Counted from the stretch's first letter, positions 36,950 to 47,389 are shown. The stretch: 64,000 nt of DNA from an uncultured Chloroflexia bacterium (GCA_963748625.1 CAVVJT010000010.1:1152001-1216000); one strand, 5' to 3'. Notes: generated from the letters alone by a model not told the origin. Program-made: numbers and translations.

Positions 36950-39031
36950 TCAGCTCCCCTTGGTCCCCACCACGGTGACGCCGTCGACCGCCGGGTAGTT
37001 CGAGAAGTACCGCTTGCGCCAGTGGAGCTTGCCGTGATCGTAGATCGACACGGTGACCCACACCTTGGCGCCGTCCGCCGGGGCGTTGTTGAAGAACCGG
37101 TATCCCACGGGCTTGGTCGGATCCTTCACGATCGTGCTCTTCGCGCGCGGCCCGTGCTGGATGACCACGTTGCTGACCGTGGCTTTTCGCCCGTTGGGCA
37201 CGCTCCAGATCTTGAACGTGAGCCAGCGCTTGCTGCCGGCCTGGGTGACGTTCCGCGTGATCAGGATCGGGTACTTGGTGTCGTTCCTGAAGGTCATGTT
37301 CTGCGTGGCGTTGCCGACCTTCCACACGGTGGCATCGAGGCCCGCCGGGTACCGGGTGATGTACTCGTTGTGGTTCTTCTTGGCGAGCGGCACCATGCCT
37401 GCCCGGAACGCCGCGTTGAACAGCGTCGTCGACGTCGTGCAGATGCCGCCGCCGAGGGCGCCGGTGACGGTGATCTTCCCGTTCACGATCGCGTTGCCGG
37501 GGCCAACGCCCGGGAGCTTGCTGACGTCGCCGACGGTCTTCCAGAAGTCGAACTTGGCACCTGCGGGCACGACCGTGCCGTTGATCGCCGTGGCGGGCGC
37601 CTCGATGTTGCCGCCCCAGTGGTTGTTGACGATCACCCAGTAGAAGATGCTGTAGTCGCTGATCATCTTCATCTTGGGGGCGAACGCCTTGGCATCCGCC
37701 AGCGACAGCTTGGGCTTGACGGCCTTGACGACGGCTTCGACGGGCGCCGGAGCCATGCCGGACTGGCGGGCCTGGATGTGGCTGACGACCGCGGCCTTCG
37801 TTTCCGCGACCTTGAGGGTGCGGCCCTCACGGCTGCTGCCGGTGGCGACGACGCGCCCCTTGACCAGCTTGAGGCCCGCGTCCCGCACGGTCTGCTTGAC
37901 CTTCTTGGCCATCCCCTCGAGGATCGGGTCGAGGCCCGACGCATCGAGGACCGGGGTGATGCTCCCGTCCGCCGAGGTCGAGAACGAGACCAGGGGCGCG
38001 AGGCTCGCGCCGGCGATCGTCCAGCTGTCATCGCCCCGGGCGACGACCACGTCGGCCGTCATCCGTTCCGCGGCTGCCTTGGCCTCCTCGGCCGAGACGG
38101 TGGCGACGGCGGGCGCAAGTGGCACGACCGGCACGGACATCGCGATCGACTCCGAGGTGTCGAACGCGACGAGCTGCTCGTGGAGCGCGGTCTCGAGGGC
38201 ACCCTTGTCCACGGCGCGACCGTCGGCCGCGGGAGTGACGCTGAAGATCCCGTCCTGACCGACCGACGCGGTGGCATCCACCGGGGTCTGGTCGATCGTG
38301 GCGGCGAGGGAATCAATGACAGCGACAAGCGAGTCGAGGTTGTAGACAACGGGAACGACGGCGTCGAGGGCGACGCCGTCGATAGCGGCGCGCGGAGCGC
38401 CGATGAGGTCCGCGAGCGGCTCGCCCTGGCGCCCGGCCGCGAGCGCCGCGTCGATCAGGGTCGTGGTGTCAGGGCCGCGGCCGAGGTCGGTGTAGCTGAG
38501 GGTCGTCACCTGGCCATCCGGGCCGGTGAGCGTGACCTCTCCCTCGCCCAGCCACCCGTAGGCGTTCGCGATCTCCGCCTCCGCCTGCTCACGGGTGAGC
38601 CCGCCGAGGGCCGTGCTCCCGACGCTCACGCCGGGCAGGACCCGGCCGTCGTACTGCTGGCCCCAGGCGTACAGGGCGCCGGCACCGATGCCGACGGCGA
38701 GCAGGACGCCCAGGACGAATGCGACGCCGAAGCGGAGAACGAGCGCCCTTCGGCGCCGGGGCCGTGCCGTGGGCTCGGCGGCAGTCACGGCGGCCGCGAG
38801 GGGCAGGACCGGCACGGCATCGACACCGGGCTTGGGGGTCGGCAACGTGTCCACCGGTACGGTGTCGGTCGGCTCACCCGGCGGAGGCACATCGGCAACG
38901 GTCGTGTCCGCCGCGGCTGAGGTGCCCTCGACGACGGGCTCGGTGGCATCCGCCCCGGCCTCGGGCGACTCGGTATCGGGTGTGGCGGCGTTGGCAGCCT
39001 GGTCGGCTGCAGAGTTGGGCAGGTCGGTCAT
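36950..39031 (-). CDS. VanW-like protein with putative peptidoglycan-binding repeats
   Basis: TM anchor, LPGVSVG..LGGLTREQA, INGTVVPAG, GGGICTTSTTLFNAA, YPAGLDATV and FRNDT. Confidence 0.85.
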   Translation of the reverse strand: MTDLPNSAADQAANAATPDTESPEAGADATEPVVEGTSAAADTTVADVPPPGEPTDTVPVDTLPTPKPGVDAVPVLPLAAAVTAAEPTARPRRRRALVLRFGVAFVLGVLLAVGIGAGALYAWGQQYDGRVLPGVSVGSTALGGLTREQAEAEIANAYGWLGEGEVTLTGPDGQVTTLSYTDLGRGPDTTTLIDAALAAGRQGEPLADLIGAPRAAIDGVALDAVVPVVYNLDSLVAVIDSLAATIDQTPVDATASVGQDGIFSVTPAADGRAVDKGALETALHEQLVAFDTSESIAMSVPVVPLAPAVATVSAEEAKAAAERMTADVVVARGDDSWTIAGASLAPLVSFSTSADGSITPVLDASGLDPILEGMAKKVKQTVRDAGLKLVKGRVVATGSSREGRTLKVAETKAAVVSHIQARQSGMAPAPVEAVVKAVKPKLSLADAKAFAPKMKMISDYSIFYWVIVNNHWGGNIEAPATAINGTVVPAGAKFDFWKTVGDVSKLPGVGPGNAIVNGKITVTGALGGGICTTSTTLFNAAFRAGMVPLAKKNHNEYITRYPAGLDATVWKVGNATQNMTFRNDTKYPILITRNVTQAGSKRWLTFKIWSVPNGRKATVSNVVIQHGPRAKSTIVKDPTKPVGYRFFNNAPADGAKVWVTVSIYDHGKLHWRKRYFSNYPAVDGVTVVGTKGS

Positions 39032-39257
39032 CGAAGGCTCATACGCGGTCGGCCAGCGCCGGGTCTCATCGCCGGCAGCCGCGATATCTTCGCTTGTGCA
39101 CGCGAATTTGTCAGGCGACGGTCAGCCCGGCCGGCGGGACTGGGACGCGGGACGGCCCCCGGACGTTGCGCGGCAGGACCACCGCGCGCCGATCGGCTCC
39201 TCGCCGATGGACACCACCGCCCACCCGAGGGGTGACGGGCATCCGGTTCGGGCACGC

Positions 39258-39301
39258 CAGACGGAAGCCCCCGGTCCCTGGGAACCGGGGGCTCGCGTCT
39301 G
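39258..39301 (-). terminator. Hairpin, probable terminator of the 39362-43210 gene
   Basis: AGCCCCCGGT-CCCTGGGA-ACCGGGGGCT stem extended by CAGACG/CGTCTG. Confidence 0.55.
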
Positions 39302-39361
39302 CTCGTGCGGTCAGGCCGAGGGAGTCTCGTGGCCGACCGCACCTATCCGGGCGGCAACTGG

Positions 39362-42300
39362 CTATCTCGCGCTCAGGAACGCGTCGATGTCCACCCGCCT
39401 GCTGCTGGAGCGGCTGCTCTTCGTACCCGTGACCACCACCTTGATGGTGTGCTTGCCGACACTGGCGAAGGTCTTCGTCCAGACGATCCGGCCCGCTTGC
39501 CGAGTTGCGGCGTACAGGTTGATGGTGGCCAGCTTGCGCGTGCCATCCCAGATCGTCGCCTTGCCTCGATCGGGTCCGCGCGTCGAGACGAAGGCGAAGG
39601 TCCGCGCAGTTGCGGTCCACTTCGCAGTGCGCCCCTTCACGCTTGCGTAGGCAACGTGCCCGCCGGAAGCGTTGGTCAATGACGCCCGTTTGAACGTTCC
39701 CCTGTAGTCGACCGACTTCGAGTTCTCCTGGACGATGCCCAGGCGCGTCGACTTGGCCGCGAGCCACAGGACGACGGTCCTGGTGGCCGGTTTGGAGACA
39801 TTGCCGGCGCAGTCCCGGGAGAACGCGCTGATCGTCTTGGTGCCGTCGCCGGTCGGGAGTGCGATGGTCGTCGGCGGATATGCCAGCCAGGACAGGCTGT
39901 TGGCCGACGGCGCCGATGTGCCGCTCACGACCGCGAAGGAGCAGAGGCCGGCGCCTCCGGTATCGGCCCCGGTCACCTTGACGGAGATCGCCGGCGAGGC
40001 GGACACACTGGTCGCCGACAGGGCGACGGTCGGTCGGTTCACGTCCGAGGTCGAACCCTGGATCATGATGCCCGACCAGCCCTTGTTGTTGTCCTCGTGA
40101 ACCTCGGCGATGGTGTTGGCCGGGTCCACCACCGCGTAGATTCGCTTGGTCAGACCCCGGAGGCTGGATGGAACGGTCCATTTCCACGGGCCGACTGTTG
40201 AGGAGCCCTGTGCCGCGATCGGCCCCGTGGCCTTGGCCACCCCGATCTCAGTCCCGCCGAGAGCCGGGTCACCCACGAAGAGGCGCACCGATGTCGACGG
40301 GCTGCTCGCGAGGCTGTAGTTGCGAATCCTCGCGGTGATGTCGACCACTTGGCCGACCTCAGGTTGCGGGTCGCTGATCCAGAGGCTCTTCGTCTCGTAG
40401 TTCGGGTTGCAGCCGATGGCGCCCGCCTTCGCACAGTCGAGACGCTTCGGGAGCGTGAGCGATGGATCGGGGGAATCCTTGTAGACCGAATCCCAGAAGG
40501 TCGGATCCTGGGCCGGGCCTGCCTCGTCGAGCCGCACCAGGTAGTCGAGGACCACGGCGCCGACACCGTCGAACCGGATGTAGGGCGTCACGGTGTAGTT
40601 TCGCGACGCGCCGGACTGATCGTCCTCGATCGAGGCGATCTGCACCGTCTCCTGGGTGGCGCTTCCGAGCGTGGTCGTGCGGTCCGCCGTCGCGCCGACG
40701 TCGTACTTGGTGGACGTCTTGGCCGAGGCGGAGAAGCCGAGGTACTCGCCGCTGACCTCCGCCGAGGCCTCGATGCTCGCCGCGACCGAGACCTTGGTGA
40801 TCGCCGACTGGATATCGCCCCAGCTGATCGACTTGTCTGCACCCGCACCGCTGCTCGTGACCGACCAGCCAGAGCCGAGCGCCCACGCGTTGGTCCAGCC
40901 CGGTCCGGTCGGCTTCTCCGCCGGGTAGGAGAGGAGGTTGCCGGGCTCGTCGTCCGAGAGCCAGCTCGGAAGATCGGCCCCGTCGTACCAGTCGAACGTC
41001 GGCGTGCCGACCGGCTTGATCACTTTCAGGTAGTTGCTGAGGACCAGATCATTCCCGCTTCCCTGGTAGACCGGGTACTCGAGCACGGTATAGCGGATGA
41101 CCTGCACGAGGATCCTGTCATCGGCGCGCGCGGTGATCTGCTCTTTGGCCTCGCTCATCGACGACGTCGCGGAGGTCCGGCTGAAGCCGCCGCCGGCCGT
41201 CGCCTTCAACGAGGCCTTGACGGTGACACCGAAGCCCTTTGCCCCGCCGCTCACCTCCCCGCTCACGGCCCAATCGGCATGGACCTCGAAGCTCGCCTTG
41301 GTCTCACTGTTCTGCGTGGTGCCGTATATGGCGCCGAAGCCACAGTGGGCGAAGTTGTTGATCTGGCTTGCGTCCGTCGGGCGGTAGCAGTGCGTCGGAT
41401 CGTAGACCTGGCCCCCCACCACGTCGAAGTAGGTGGGCACAGCCTTCACGATGACCGCAGGGCGGATCACGTTGCTCACCGTCCAACTGCGGGGCGCGCC
41501 GAGGCGCAGGCCGTCCCCATCGACGTCGCCGATGGCAATGGCTGCCTCCTCGAGGCCCGCGACGCCGCCCATGATGTCGAGCGAGGTCTCGAGCGAGAGG
41601 CTGGGCGTCGGGCTCGGCTCGAAGCTGAGCACATGGAGCTTCCGCCAGCCCGCTCCCGCTCCGTTGCGCCCGGCCGACACGATGATCTGCGGACGCGCGT
41701 CGCCCGGATCCGACAGGTCCGGGGTGATGCGCCCCACACCGAGCGAGATCTGCGAGTTCTCAACCAGCGCAACCCGGGGGAACGTGTACGTCGTCCAGTC
41801 TGCGACGGCCGTGGTGGTAAGGCCACGGTGGACGCTGACGGCTGCCGTCGTTCCGGCTGAGACGTTCCTGACGGTGTACGCGGCGATCGCCTCGTCGAGG
41901 GCGCCACCGTCTGACGCGAGATGCTCCTCGTCATCACGGCGATCGAGGTCCGCCGCCGCGACCCGGATGGTCTTGAGCAGGCCGGTGGTGTTGTCGACCT
42001 TCGTGAAGTCCGGGTCTTTCGCGAATTGGAGGTCCTCCTTGTCGCCTGTCATGCGCACCGAGGTCACGCGCGCGGCGTAGTTGTTCACCCAGCCGAAGAG
42101 GATCTGCTCCCGCGGTCCCACGTCGGCGGGGTCGGCGAAGCGACCGGTCGTGATCGAGACATCGGTCATCTGCCAGCCGCTCCAGCCGCCGTTTGTCGGA
42201 TCCCAGGGGCCTGCCACGGACGTGATGCCGGTGGCACCCGAGCCGGTGACCTTGAAGACCTGGATCATCACGTGGTACTTGGCCCCCGGCTCGAGCTGGT

Positions 42301-43210
42301 CCCAGATCAGGACGATCTCGTCGTCCTGCTTGTCGCCGGGATCGACGGAGCCGTCCCCCATGCCCGAGTCGACATCACCGGCGGTGACCGCCAGCGAGCC
42401 GCCGCCGAGGCCGGTTCCGGGATCCACGACGGCTCCCGTGTCCAGCGACGGTCCGGCCACCAGCCAGTTGTCGCCGGATGCCACGTCAAACACCTGGAGC
42501 TTGACGTGGGGCGCCTGCCCCGAGCCCATCCATGCGGTGTAGGCCAGCACGATCTCCGGCTTCCCGTCGGCGTCGACGTCGCCCGCGGCGAGCCGCACCC
42601 GCCCCAGGCTCGTGCTGACAGCGTTGCCATCGGGGTCGCCGTTGGGATCCGCAGTCCACAGGTCCGTGGGGTTGGCCGTCGTCCACGTCCCGTTGCGATA
42701 CAAGGCCAGGCAGACGCGCCCGCGCCCGGTCGAGGCAGCCGGGTTCCCGCAGCGGCCAGATACGGCCACCACCTCGTCCCGGCCGGAGTCCTCGTTCGTT
42801 GTCCCCGGGTCGAAGTCGGCGGTCAGCGTGTCGACGCTGCCAGCCTCCTCGAGCGTGAACGGTGTGCCCGCGGGCGAGAGACCGAGGCTCGTGTCGCCGT
42901 CGTAGACGGTTGCCTGGGCGAGCCAGGTTCCTCCGGTTGACGACCACGGGATGAAGGAGATGATCTCGTCGTCGGGGGCGATCGAGCGCCCGACGATGTC
43001 AGTTCCCGCAGGTGCGGCGCTGTTGGCCTGCACGACCGGCAGGAAGCGGGCCTGTTGTGCCGCCGACGCGGCTGCGTTGGGATCGGCTGCGGCGGTGCCG
43101 GATGCGGTCGCTCCAGCCGACGGGCTGGGTGGGCGAGCGGCGACCGGCGTCGCCATCGCCAACGTGAGCGCGAGCACCACGGCACTCACGCCGATGCTGC
43201 ACCGGGCCAT
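39362..43210 (-). CDS. Large secreted protein: FG-GAP-like repeats, Ser/Thr-rich beta core, CARDB/Ig-like and C-terminal beta domains
   Basis: Signal peptide, AAGDVDADGKPEIV-type repeats and VVDPANTIAEVHEDNN (CARDB). 1282-aa intact ORF. Confidence 0.8.
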   Translation of the reverse strand: MARCSIGVSAVVLALTLAMATPVAARPPSPSAGATASGTAAADPNAAASAAQQARFLPVVQANSAAPAGTDIVGRSIAPDDEIISFIPWSSTGGTWLAQATVYDGDTSLGLSPAGTPFTLEEAGSVDTLTADFDPGTTNEDSGRDEVVAVSGRCGNPAASTGRGRVCLALYRNGTWTTANPTDLWTADPNGDPDGNAVSTSLGRVRLAAGDVDADGKPEIVLAYTAWMGSGQAPHVKLQVFDVASGDNWLVAGPSLDTGAVVDPGTGLGGGSLAVTAGDVDSGMGDGSVDPGDKQDDEIVLIWDQLEPGAKYHVMIQVFKVTGSGATGITSVAGPWDPTNGGWSGWQMTDVSITTGRFADPADVGPREQILFGWVNNYAARVTSVRMTGDKEDLQFAKDPDFTKVDNTTGLLKTIRVAAADLDRRDDEEHLASDGGALDEAIAAYTVRNVSAGTTAAVSVHRGLTTTAVADWTTYTFPRVALVENSQISLGVGRITPDLSDPGDARPQIIVSAGRNGAGAGWRKLHVLSFEPSPTPSLSLETSLDIMGGVAGLEEAAIAIGDVDGDGLRLGAPRSWTVSNVIRPAVIVKAVPTYFDVVGGQVYDPTHCYRPTDASQINNFAHCGFGAIYGTTQNSETKASFEVHADWAVSGEVSGGAKGFGVTVKASLKATAGGGFSRTSATSSMSEAKEQITARADDRILVQVIRYTVLEYPVYQGSGNDLVLSNYLKVIKPVGTPTFDWYDGADLPSWLSDDEPGNLLSYPAEKPTGPGWTNAWALGSGWSVTSSGAGADKSISWGDIQSAITKVSVAASIEASAEVSGEYLGFSASAKTSTKYDVGATADRTTTLGSATQETVQIASIEDDQSGASRNYTVTPYIRFDGVGAVVLDYLVRLDEAGPAQDPTFWDSVYKDSPDPSLTLPKRLDCAKAGAIGCNPNYETKSLWISDPQPEVGQVVDITARIRNYSLASSPSTSVRLFVGDPALGGTEIGVAKATGPIAAQGSSTVGPWKWTVPSSLRGLTKRIYAVVDPANTIAEVHEDNNKGWSGIMIQGSTSDVNRPTVALSATSVSASPAISVKVTGADTGGAGLCSFAVVSGTSAPSANSLSWLAYPPTTIALPTGDGTKTISAFSRDCAGNVSKPATRTVVLWLAAKSTRLGIVQENSKSVDYRGTFKRASLTNASGGHVAYASVKGRTAKWTATARTFAFVSTRGPDRGKATIWDGTRKLATINLYAATRQAGRIVWTKTFASVGKHTIKVVVTGTKSSRSSSRRVDIDAFLSAR

Positions 43211-43401
43211 GGTGGACCCCTCTCACTCGGGCCTGGCAGCAGGGGCCGGACGCCTCACGTGACCGCCAAGCGCTTCGCCCAGTATTCGTGCCCCCCGTAC
43301 CAAGCCAAGTGCCGGAGGACAGGCCCGGGAGTCCTCCACGGCACCATCGCGGCGCGTGGACCCGGGTCACCACGCCGTGGCGCGCACGACGGGCCTCCCG
43401 G

Positions 43402-44175
43402 CTACGCGGCCAGTGGGCCCTCCACCAGTTCCGTGTCGGTGCTGGCTCCCTGACCGGCGGTGGCGGTGTCGTCGATGTCGAGCGTCCAGTCGTAGTCCCC
43501 GTAGCGCAGGCGCGGCGTCTCGTCCGGCCCGATGACCCCGTGGCGGCGGAGCATCGCCAGGATTCCGGCGCGGCCGCCGAAGTCGCCGCGGTACCAGCGC
43601 AGCAGGCGGGGCATCGTCAGCACGCTCCCGTCGGCGGACAGGGAGCTCTCCACGGCAAGGTAGGCACCCGTCGCCCGCTCGAGGTCGGCATCGAGCGTCG
43701 CCGGCTCCCAGGCGGCGAGCGGCGGACAGCTCCGGGCACCGCAGTTGAGGGCGAAGTGGATCCGGGGGTCCACCCGCTCGACCCGCAGGAGCCGCTCGAA
43801 CCGCGACGGGCGCGGGTTGCGCAGGTAGCCGAGACCGGCGAGGAACGCGGACCGGCGCAGGAGCCCCTGCTCGATGGCGTTCGGGCTGAGGCGTCGCCCG
43901 GCGACCGTCACCGCCGGCGTCGCGAAGAAGGGCAGGCGCCGCCGGTATGCCGCCGGGTCGGCGAGGAGCCGCGCGCGGACAGCGCCGTTGTAGACATTGA
44001 CCCAGAAGGCGATCCGGGCGGCATCGTCGGGCAGGGCGGCCGCGAGCGCGGTGGCGTCGAGCCCGGCAAGCGCTGCCCGAGCAGCGGACGTGTCGCGACC
44101 GGCGCGAGCGTCCTCGACGAAGCGGTGTGCGAGCTCGAGGGGCCGGGGGACAGCAGGGCCCATCTCAGCCGCCAT
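43402..44175 (-). CDS. DUF547 domain protein
   Basis: AFWVNVYN, SPNAIEQGLLR, DPRIHFALNCGARSCP and YDW. Confidence 0.88.
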   Translation of the reverse strand: MAAEMGPAVPRPLELAHRFVEDARAGRDTSAARAALAGLDATALAAALPDDAARIAFWVNVYNGAVRARLLADPAAYRRRLPFFATPAVTVAGRRLSPNAIEQGLLRRSAFLAGLGYLRNPRPSRFERLLRVERVDPRIHFALNCGARSCPPLAAWEPATLDADLERATGAYLAVESSLSADGSVLTMPRLLRWYRGDFGGRAGILAMLRRHGVIGPDETPRLRYGDYDWTLDIDDTATAGQGASTDTELVEGPLAA

Positions 44176-44392
44176 TCGCCATGGGCGGCAGCTTCACGCC
44201 CGACAGGCCGCCGTCCACGGCGATGACCTGTCCAGTGATCCATGCCGCGTCGGTCGAGACCAGGAACGCCGCAAGGCCGTCACGGCCCACGACCGCCACG
44301 GCCCACCCGGCGGCAACCAGACGGCGGGCGGTCGCCGAGCCGATGGCGCCCGTGGCGCCGGTGACGATCGCGACTCGGGCGCCGGGCGTCAT
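44165..44392 (-). pseudogene. Internally deleted short-chain dehydrogenase
   Basis: N-terminal VTGATGAIG joined in frame to C-terminal FLVSTDAAWITGQVIAVDGG. No YxxxK region. 75 aa. Confidence 0.75.
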
Positions 44393-44907
44393 CGCCGTTC
44401 CTCGGCAGGCGGCTCCGCCTGCAGCTGGCCGCCGCGGACGGTCCCGCCGATCACCATGGCGGCGGCCACCAGCACGAGGTTCTTGATGATGTACTGGCCT
44501 TCAAGCGTTGGGGCAATCGGGACGACCGTGAAGGTCTCCGTGGGAAAGAGCAGCAGCGGGGTCATGGTCCCCAGCATCTGCACGGCCAGCAGCAGCAGGG
44601 TCGCGCGCAGGAACCGTCCGCTCAGCAGGCCGAGCCCGATGAGGACCTCCCACAGAGCCAGCACCGGCAGCGAGACGGCCGCCGGCACCAGGCCGAAGGT
44701 CAGAACATCGATCGTGCGGGTCGCGAGGTCCTGCGCCGGGCTCAGTCCTGGGACGAGCTTGAGGGCGCCGAACCACAGGAAGACGATGCCCAGCGCGATG
44801 CGGAGCACCGGCACGGCGGCGGCGGCCAGCGCCATCGTGACCTTGCGGTCGAGGTTGTCGAACGAGGGGCGCCAGCGTGCGCCGGGGGAGGTGATCGAGT
44901 CGAGCAT
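44389..44907 (-). CDS. DoxX/YkgB-like membrane protein
   Basis: LRIALGIVFLWFGALK and PTLEGQYIIKNLV. Confidence 0.85.
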   Translation of the reverse strand: MLDSITSPGARWRPSFDNLDRKVTMALAAAAVPVLRIALGIVFLWFGALKLVPGLSPAQDLATRTIDVLTFGLVPAAVSLPVLALWEVLIGLGLLSGRFLRATLLLLAVQMLGTMTPLLLFPTETFTVVPIAPTLEGQYIIKNLVLVAAAMVIGGTVRGGQLQAEPPAEERR

Positions 44908-45150
44908 GAGCAGGATCCAAGATGCGGGTATGCACCGTTCCATTCGCGCGGAGACCCGCCGCGGATCGGGTGCATCCCCGTGCGCGCCGCAGCCCTTCCA
45001 GGCAGTACCAGACAGGTTCGAGGTCCGTCCCACAAGATTCTGGCGCGTCCCGGCACCGAAGTGGTACCAAAGGACCATGACGGCCGCGATACTCACCTCT
45101 GTCGGCTGCAGCGGACTCTTCATCACCCTGCCGCAGCCGGGAGGGAACTC

Positions 45151-46431
45151 GTGAAGCTGCGCAAGCTCAAGAAGGCCCAGGCGAAGGCGTCGCGTGACGT
45201 CCAGCCGTGGATGGGTGGCGTCCCGGTCATGGACGTGCCGGCCCACGGCGCTTCCGCCGGGACGGTTGCCATCGCGGAGGCGCTGGACACCGGGGGCGCC
45301 GGGGACGACGCCGGGGACGAGACACCGGAAGGCGCCCCGGGCGACACCCCGGGCGACGCCGTCGGGGCCGTTGATGTCGCGGATCCCGCGGATGCCGTCG
45401 ATGTCGCTGCGACAGGCGACCCGGCTGCAGTCGACGACGCCGAGCGGATCGCCTTGGCGGAGACGATGTATCGCGCCGCTCACGCGCGACTCGAGGCCGC
45501 GGAAGCCCGTGAACGAGCCGCCAGCGAGCGCCTGACGGAAGCCGCGGCGGCCGAGCAGGCGGCCGCGGAGCGCCTCGCCGCAGCAGAGCGCGGCGAGCGG
45601 ACGATCGCCGCGCGTCTCGCCGCCGCGGATGACCGCGAGCGCGCGGTTGTGGAGCGTCTCGCCGCGGCGGATGCCCGGGAGCGCGCGGCGGCAGAACGTC
45701 TCGCCGCCGCGGATGACCGCGAGCAGGCGGTCGCCAGCCGTGTCGCCGCAGCTGAGGCCCGCGAGCGCGCGGCAGCGGACCGCGATGCCGTCGCACTCCA
45801 GCGTGACCGGGTGGCCGTCGAGCGCGACGCCCTTGCGAATGAGCGTGACCGGGCGCTTGCCGAGCGCGATCGGTCACACGCCGAGCGCGGGGTCCTGTCC
45901 GTCCCGAGAACGCCGGCAGGGACGGGTGGCGGCAGCGCCGAACGCGAGCTCGAGATCGCGCGCCTCGAGGCGGAGCTGGAGCGAGCCCACCTCGACTCGC
46001 TGACTGGTGCCCTGCGGCGCGAGATCGGCCGCCTCACGCTGCACAACGAGATCGAGCGGGCTCGCCGCACCGATGGACGGTTCGTCATCGCGTTCGTCGA
46101 CGTTGACGACCTCAAGGGCATCAACGACCGTGAGGGGCATGCCGCAGGCGACCGCGTGCTGCGGACCCTGGCCGCCACGCTGCGCGCGAACCTGCGGACC
46201 TACGACCCAGTCGTCCGCTATGGCGGCGACGAGTTCGTGTGCGGCGTGACCGGAGTCGATGCCGTCGAGCTCGAGCACAGGATGACCCTCATCGACCAGT
46301 CCCTTCGCCGGGCGACGGGCGTCGGGATCTCGGCCGGCATGGCCACACTCCTCGAAGGCGAGACGCTGGACGAGATCACCGCGCGCGCCGACGCGGCGCT
46401 GCTGGAGGCGAAGCGCAACCGCGATCACTAG
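45151..46431 (+). CDS. GGDEF diguanylate cyclase with long coiled-coil repeat region
   Basis: 14-aa ERLAAADARERAAA repeats, DSLTG, DVDDLKGINDREGH and RTYD..RYGGDEF. GGAGG RBS. Confidence 0.88.
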   Translation: MKLRKLKKAQAKASRDVQPWMGGVPVMDVPAHGASAGTVAIAEALDTGGAGDDAGDETPEGAPGDTPGDAVGAVDVADPADAVDVAATGDPAAVDDAERIALAETMYRAAHARLEAAEARERAASERLTEAAAAEQAAAERLAAAERGERTIAARLAAADDRERAVVERLAAADARERAAAERLAAADDREQAVASRVAAAEARERAAADRDAVALQRDRVAVERDALANERDRALAERDRSHAERGVLSVPRTPAGTGGGSAERELEIARLEAELERAHLDSLTGALRREIGRLTLHNEIERARRTDGRFVIAFVDVDDLKGINDREGHAAGDRVLRTLAATLRANLRTYDPVVRYGGDEFVCGVTGVDAVELEHRMTLIDQSLRRATGVGISAGMATLLEGETLDEITARADAALLEAKRNRDH

Positions 46432-46476
46432 GTGCTCGCGCGTCCCGCCACTGCCTGGCGGATACCCTTCCGCGCT

Positions 46477-46571
46477 CGGTGGCGCTGCCGCTCGGTGGCG
46501 CGGTGGCGTCCGGTGGCGCCCCGGTGGCGTCCCGGTGGCGCCGCCGCTCCGTGGCGCCCCGGTGGCGCCCC
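46477..46571. repeat. Low-complexity CGGTGGCG tandem repeats
   Basis: About 8 copies after the GGDEF stop codon. Confidence 0.75.
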
Positions 46572-46831
46572 AGACATGGGAGGAATCGAGGGGCTCCGCG
46601 CTGGGCTGGAGGCCCAGACTGTCGATCCGTGGGTTGAGCCCTGTGGGTCGCGGCCTGTTGCGCCCCATGGCTGGGGGATGGAGACGTGTCCCCCCGACGG
46701 GGCGGCGAGGACGTCCCGGCAGGCGGTAGGGCCGCGGGCGAACGGCCAATCGTGACGCGAGGGGCTCGCGCGTTCCGCGGGCAGTCGCGGGGAGTCCGCC
46801 CGCCGGCGATCCGGCGAGAGCGCGCAGATCG

Positions 46832-47389
46832 CTACGACGGCTTGCGGACCCGGGCGTTCGGTCGGCCGCCGGCACTCAGGGCGAGCGCGATCACCATCTC
46901 GTCGGGTCGTGGCGCGTCGGGGATCGCGATCTCAACGGCGTCCATGTCGTCGAACACCCAGCGGTCGTCCTTGTTGCCGATCGGCATCGTGATGGACGCG
47001 CCGGGACCGGCGACCTTCTTGGTACCGGGGATGATCTCCGCTCCCCCGCCGATGGCTGCCCGCACCGGCGCTCCGAAGCGCGGATGGAGCACCGCGGCCG
47101 TGTGCTCGCGATCACCGTCGATCCCCACGATGGCGCCCTTGCCGTAGCCGCGGACGTCCATCCCGGACAGGCCGACCGATGCGAGGGCCGCAACGGCGCG
47201 CTCGACGAGCAGCGCCGCCGCCTCGCGGCCGAGCGACTCCAGCTCCGCCAGGTCGTCGAGGCGGCCTTGGCCGGCGAGGGGGTTGCGGACCACGACGGCA
47301 GCCGTGGCAACCGTGGTGGGCGGATCGACCGCAGCGCCGGCCTCGAGCAGGGTCTGCTGGACCGAGGCCACGATGAGTCGAACATGCAT
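46832..47389 (-). CDS. Amino acid synthesis family protein (DUF1185)
   Basis: VVRNPLAG, YGKGAIVG..GDREH and DAPRPDEMVIAL..GGRPNAR. Confidence 0.85.
   Translation of the reverse strand: MHVRLIVASVQQTLLEAGAAVDPPTTVATAAVVVRNPLAGQGRLDDLAELESLGREAAALLVERAVAALASVGLSGMDVRGYGKGAIVGIDGDREHTAAVLHPRFGAPVRAAIGGGAEIIPGTKKVAGPGASITMPIGNKDDRWVFDDMDAVEIAIPDAPRPDEMVIALALSAGGRPNARVRKPS

Noticed and set aside
39157-39183. Inverted copy of the cassette-end motif (CCCGGACGTTGCGCGGCAGGACCACC)
   Set aside because: It needs gaps and lacks the tRNA CCA portion, so it cannot be distinguished from chance in GC-rich DNA.
45015-45035. tRNA fragment suggested by GGTTCGAG
   Set aside because: No T-stem pairing or acceptor stem.
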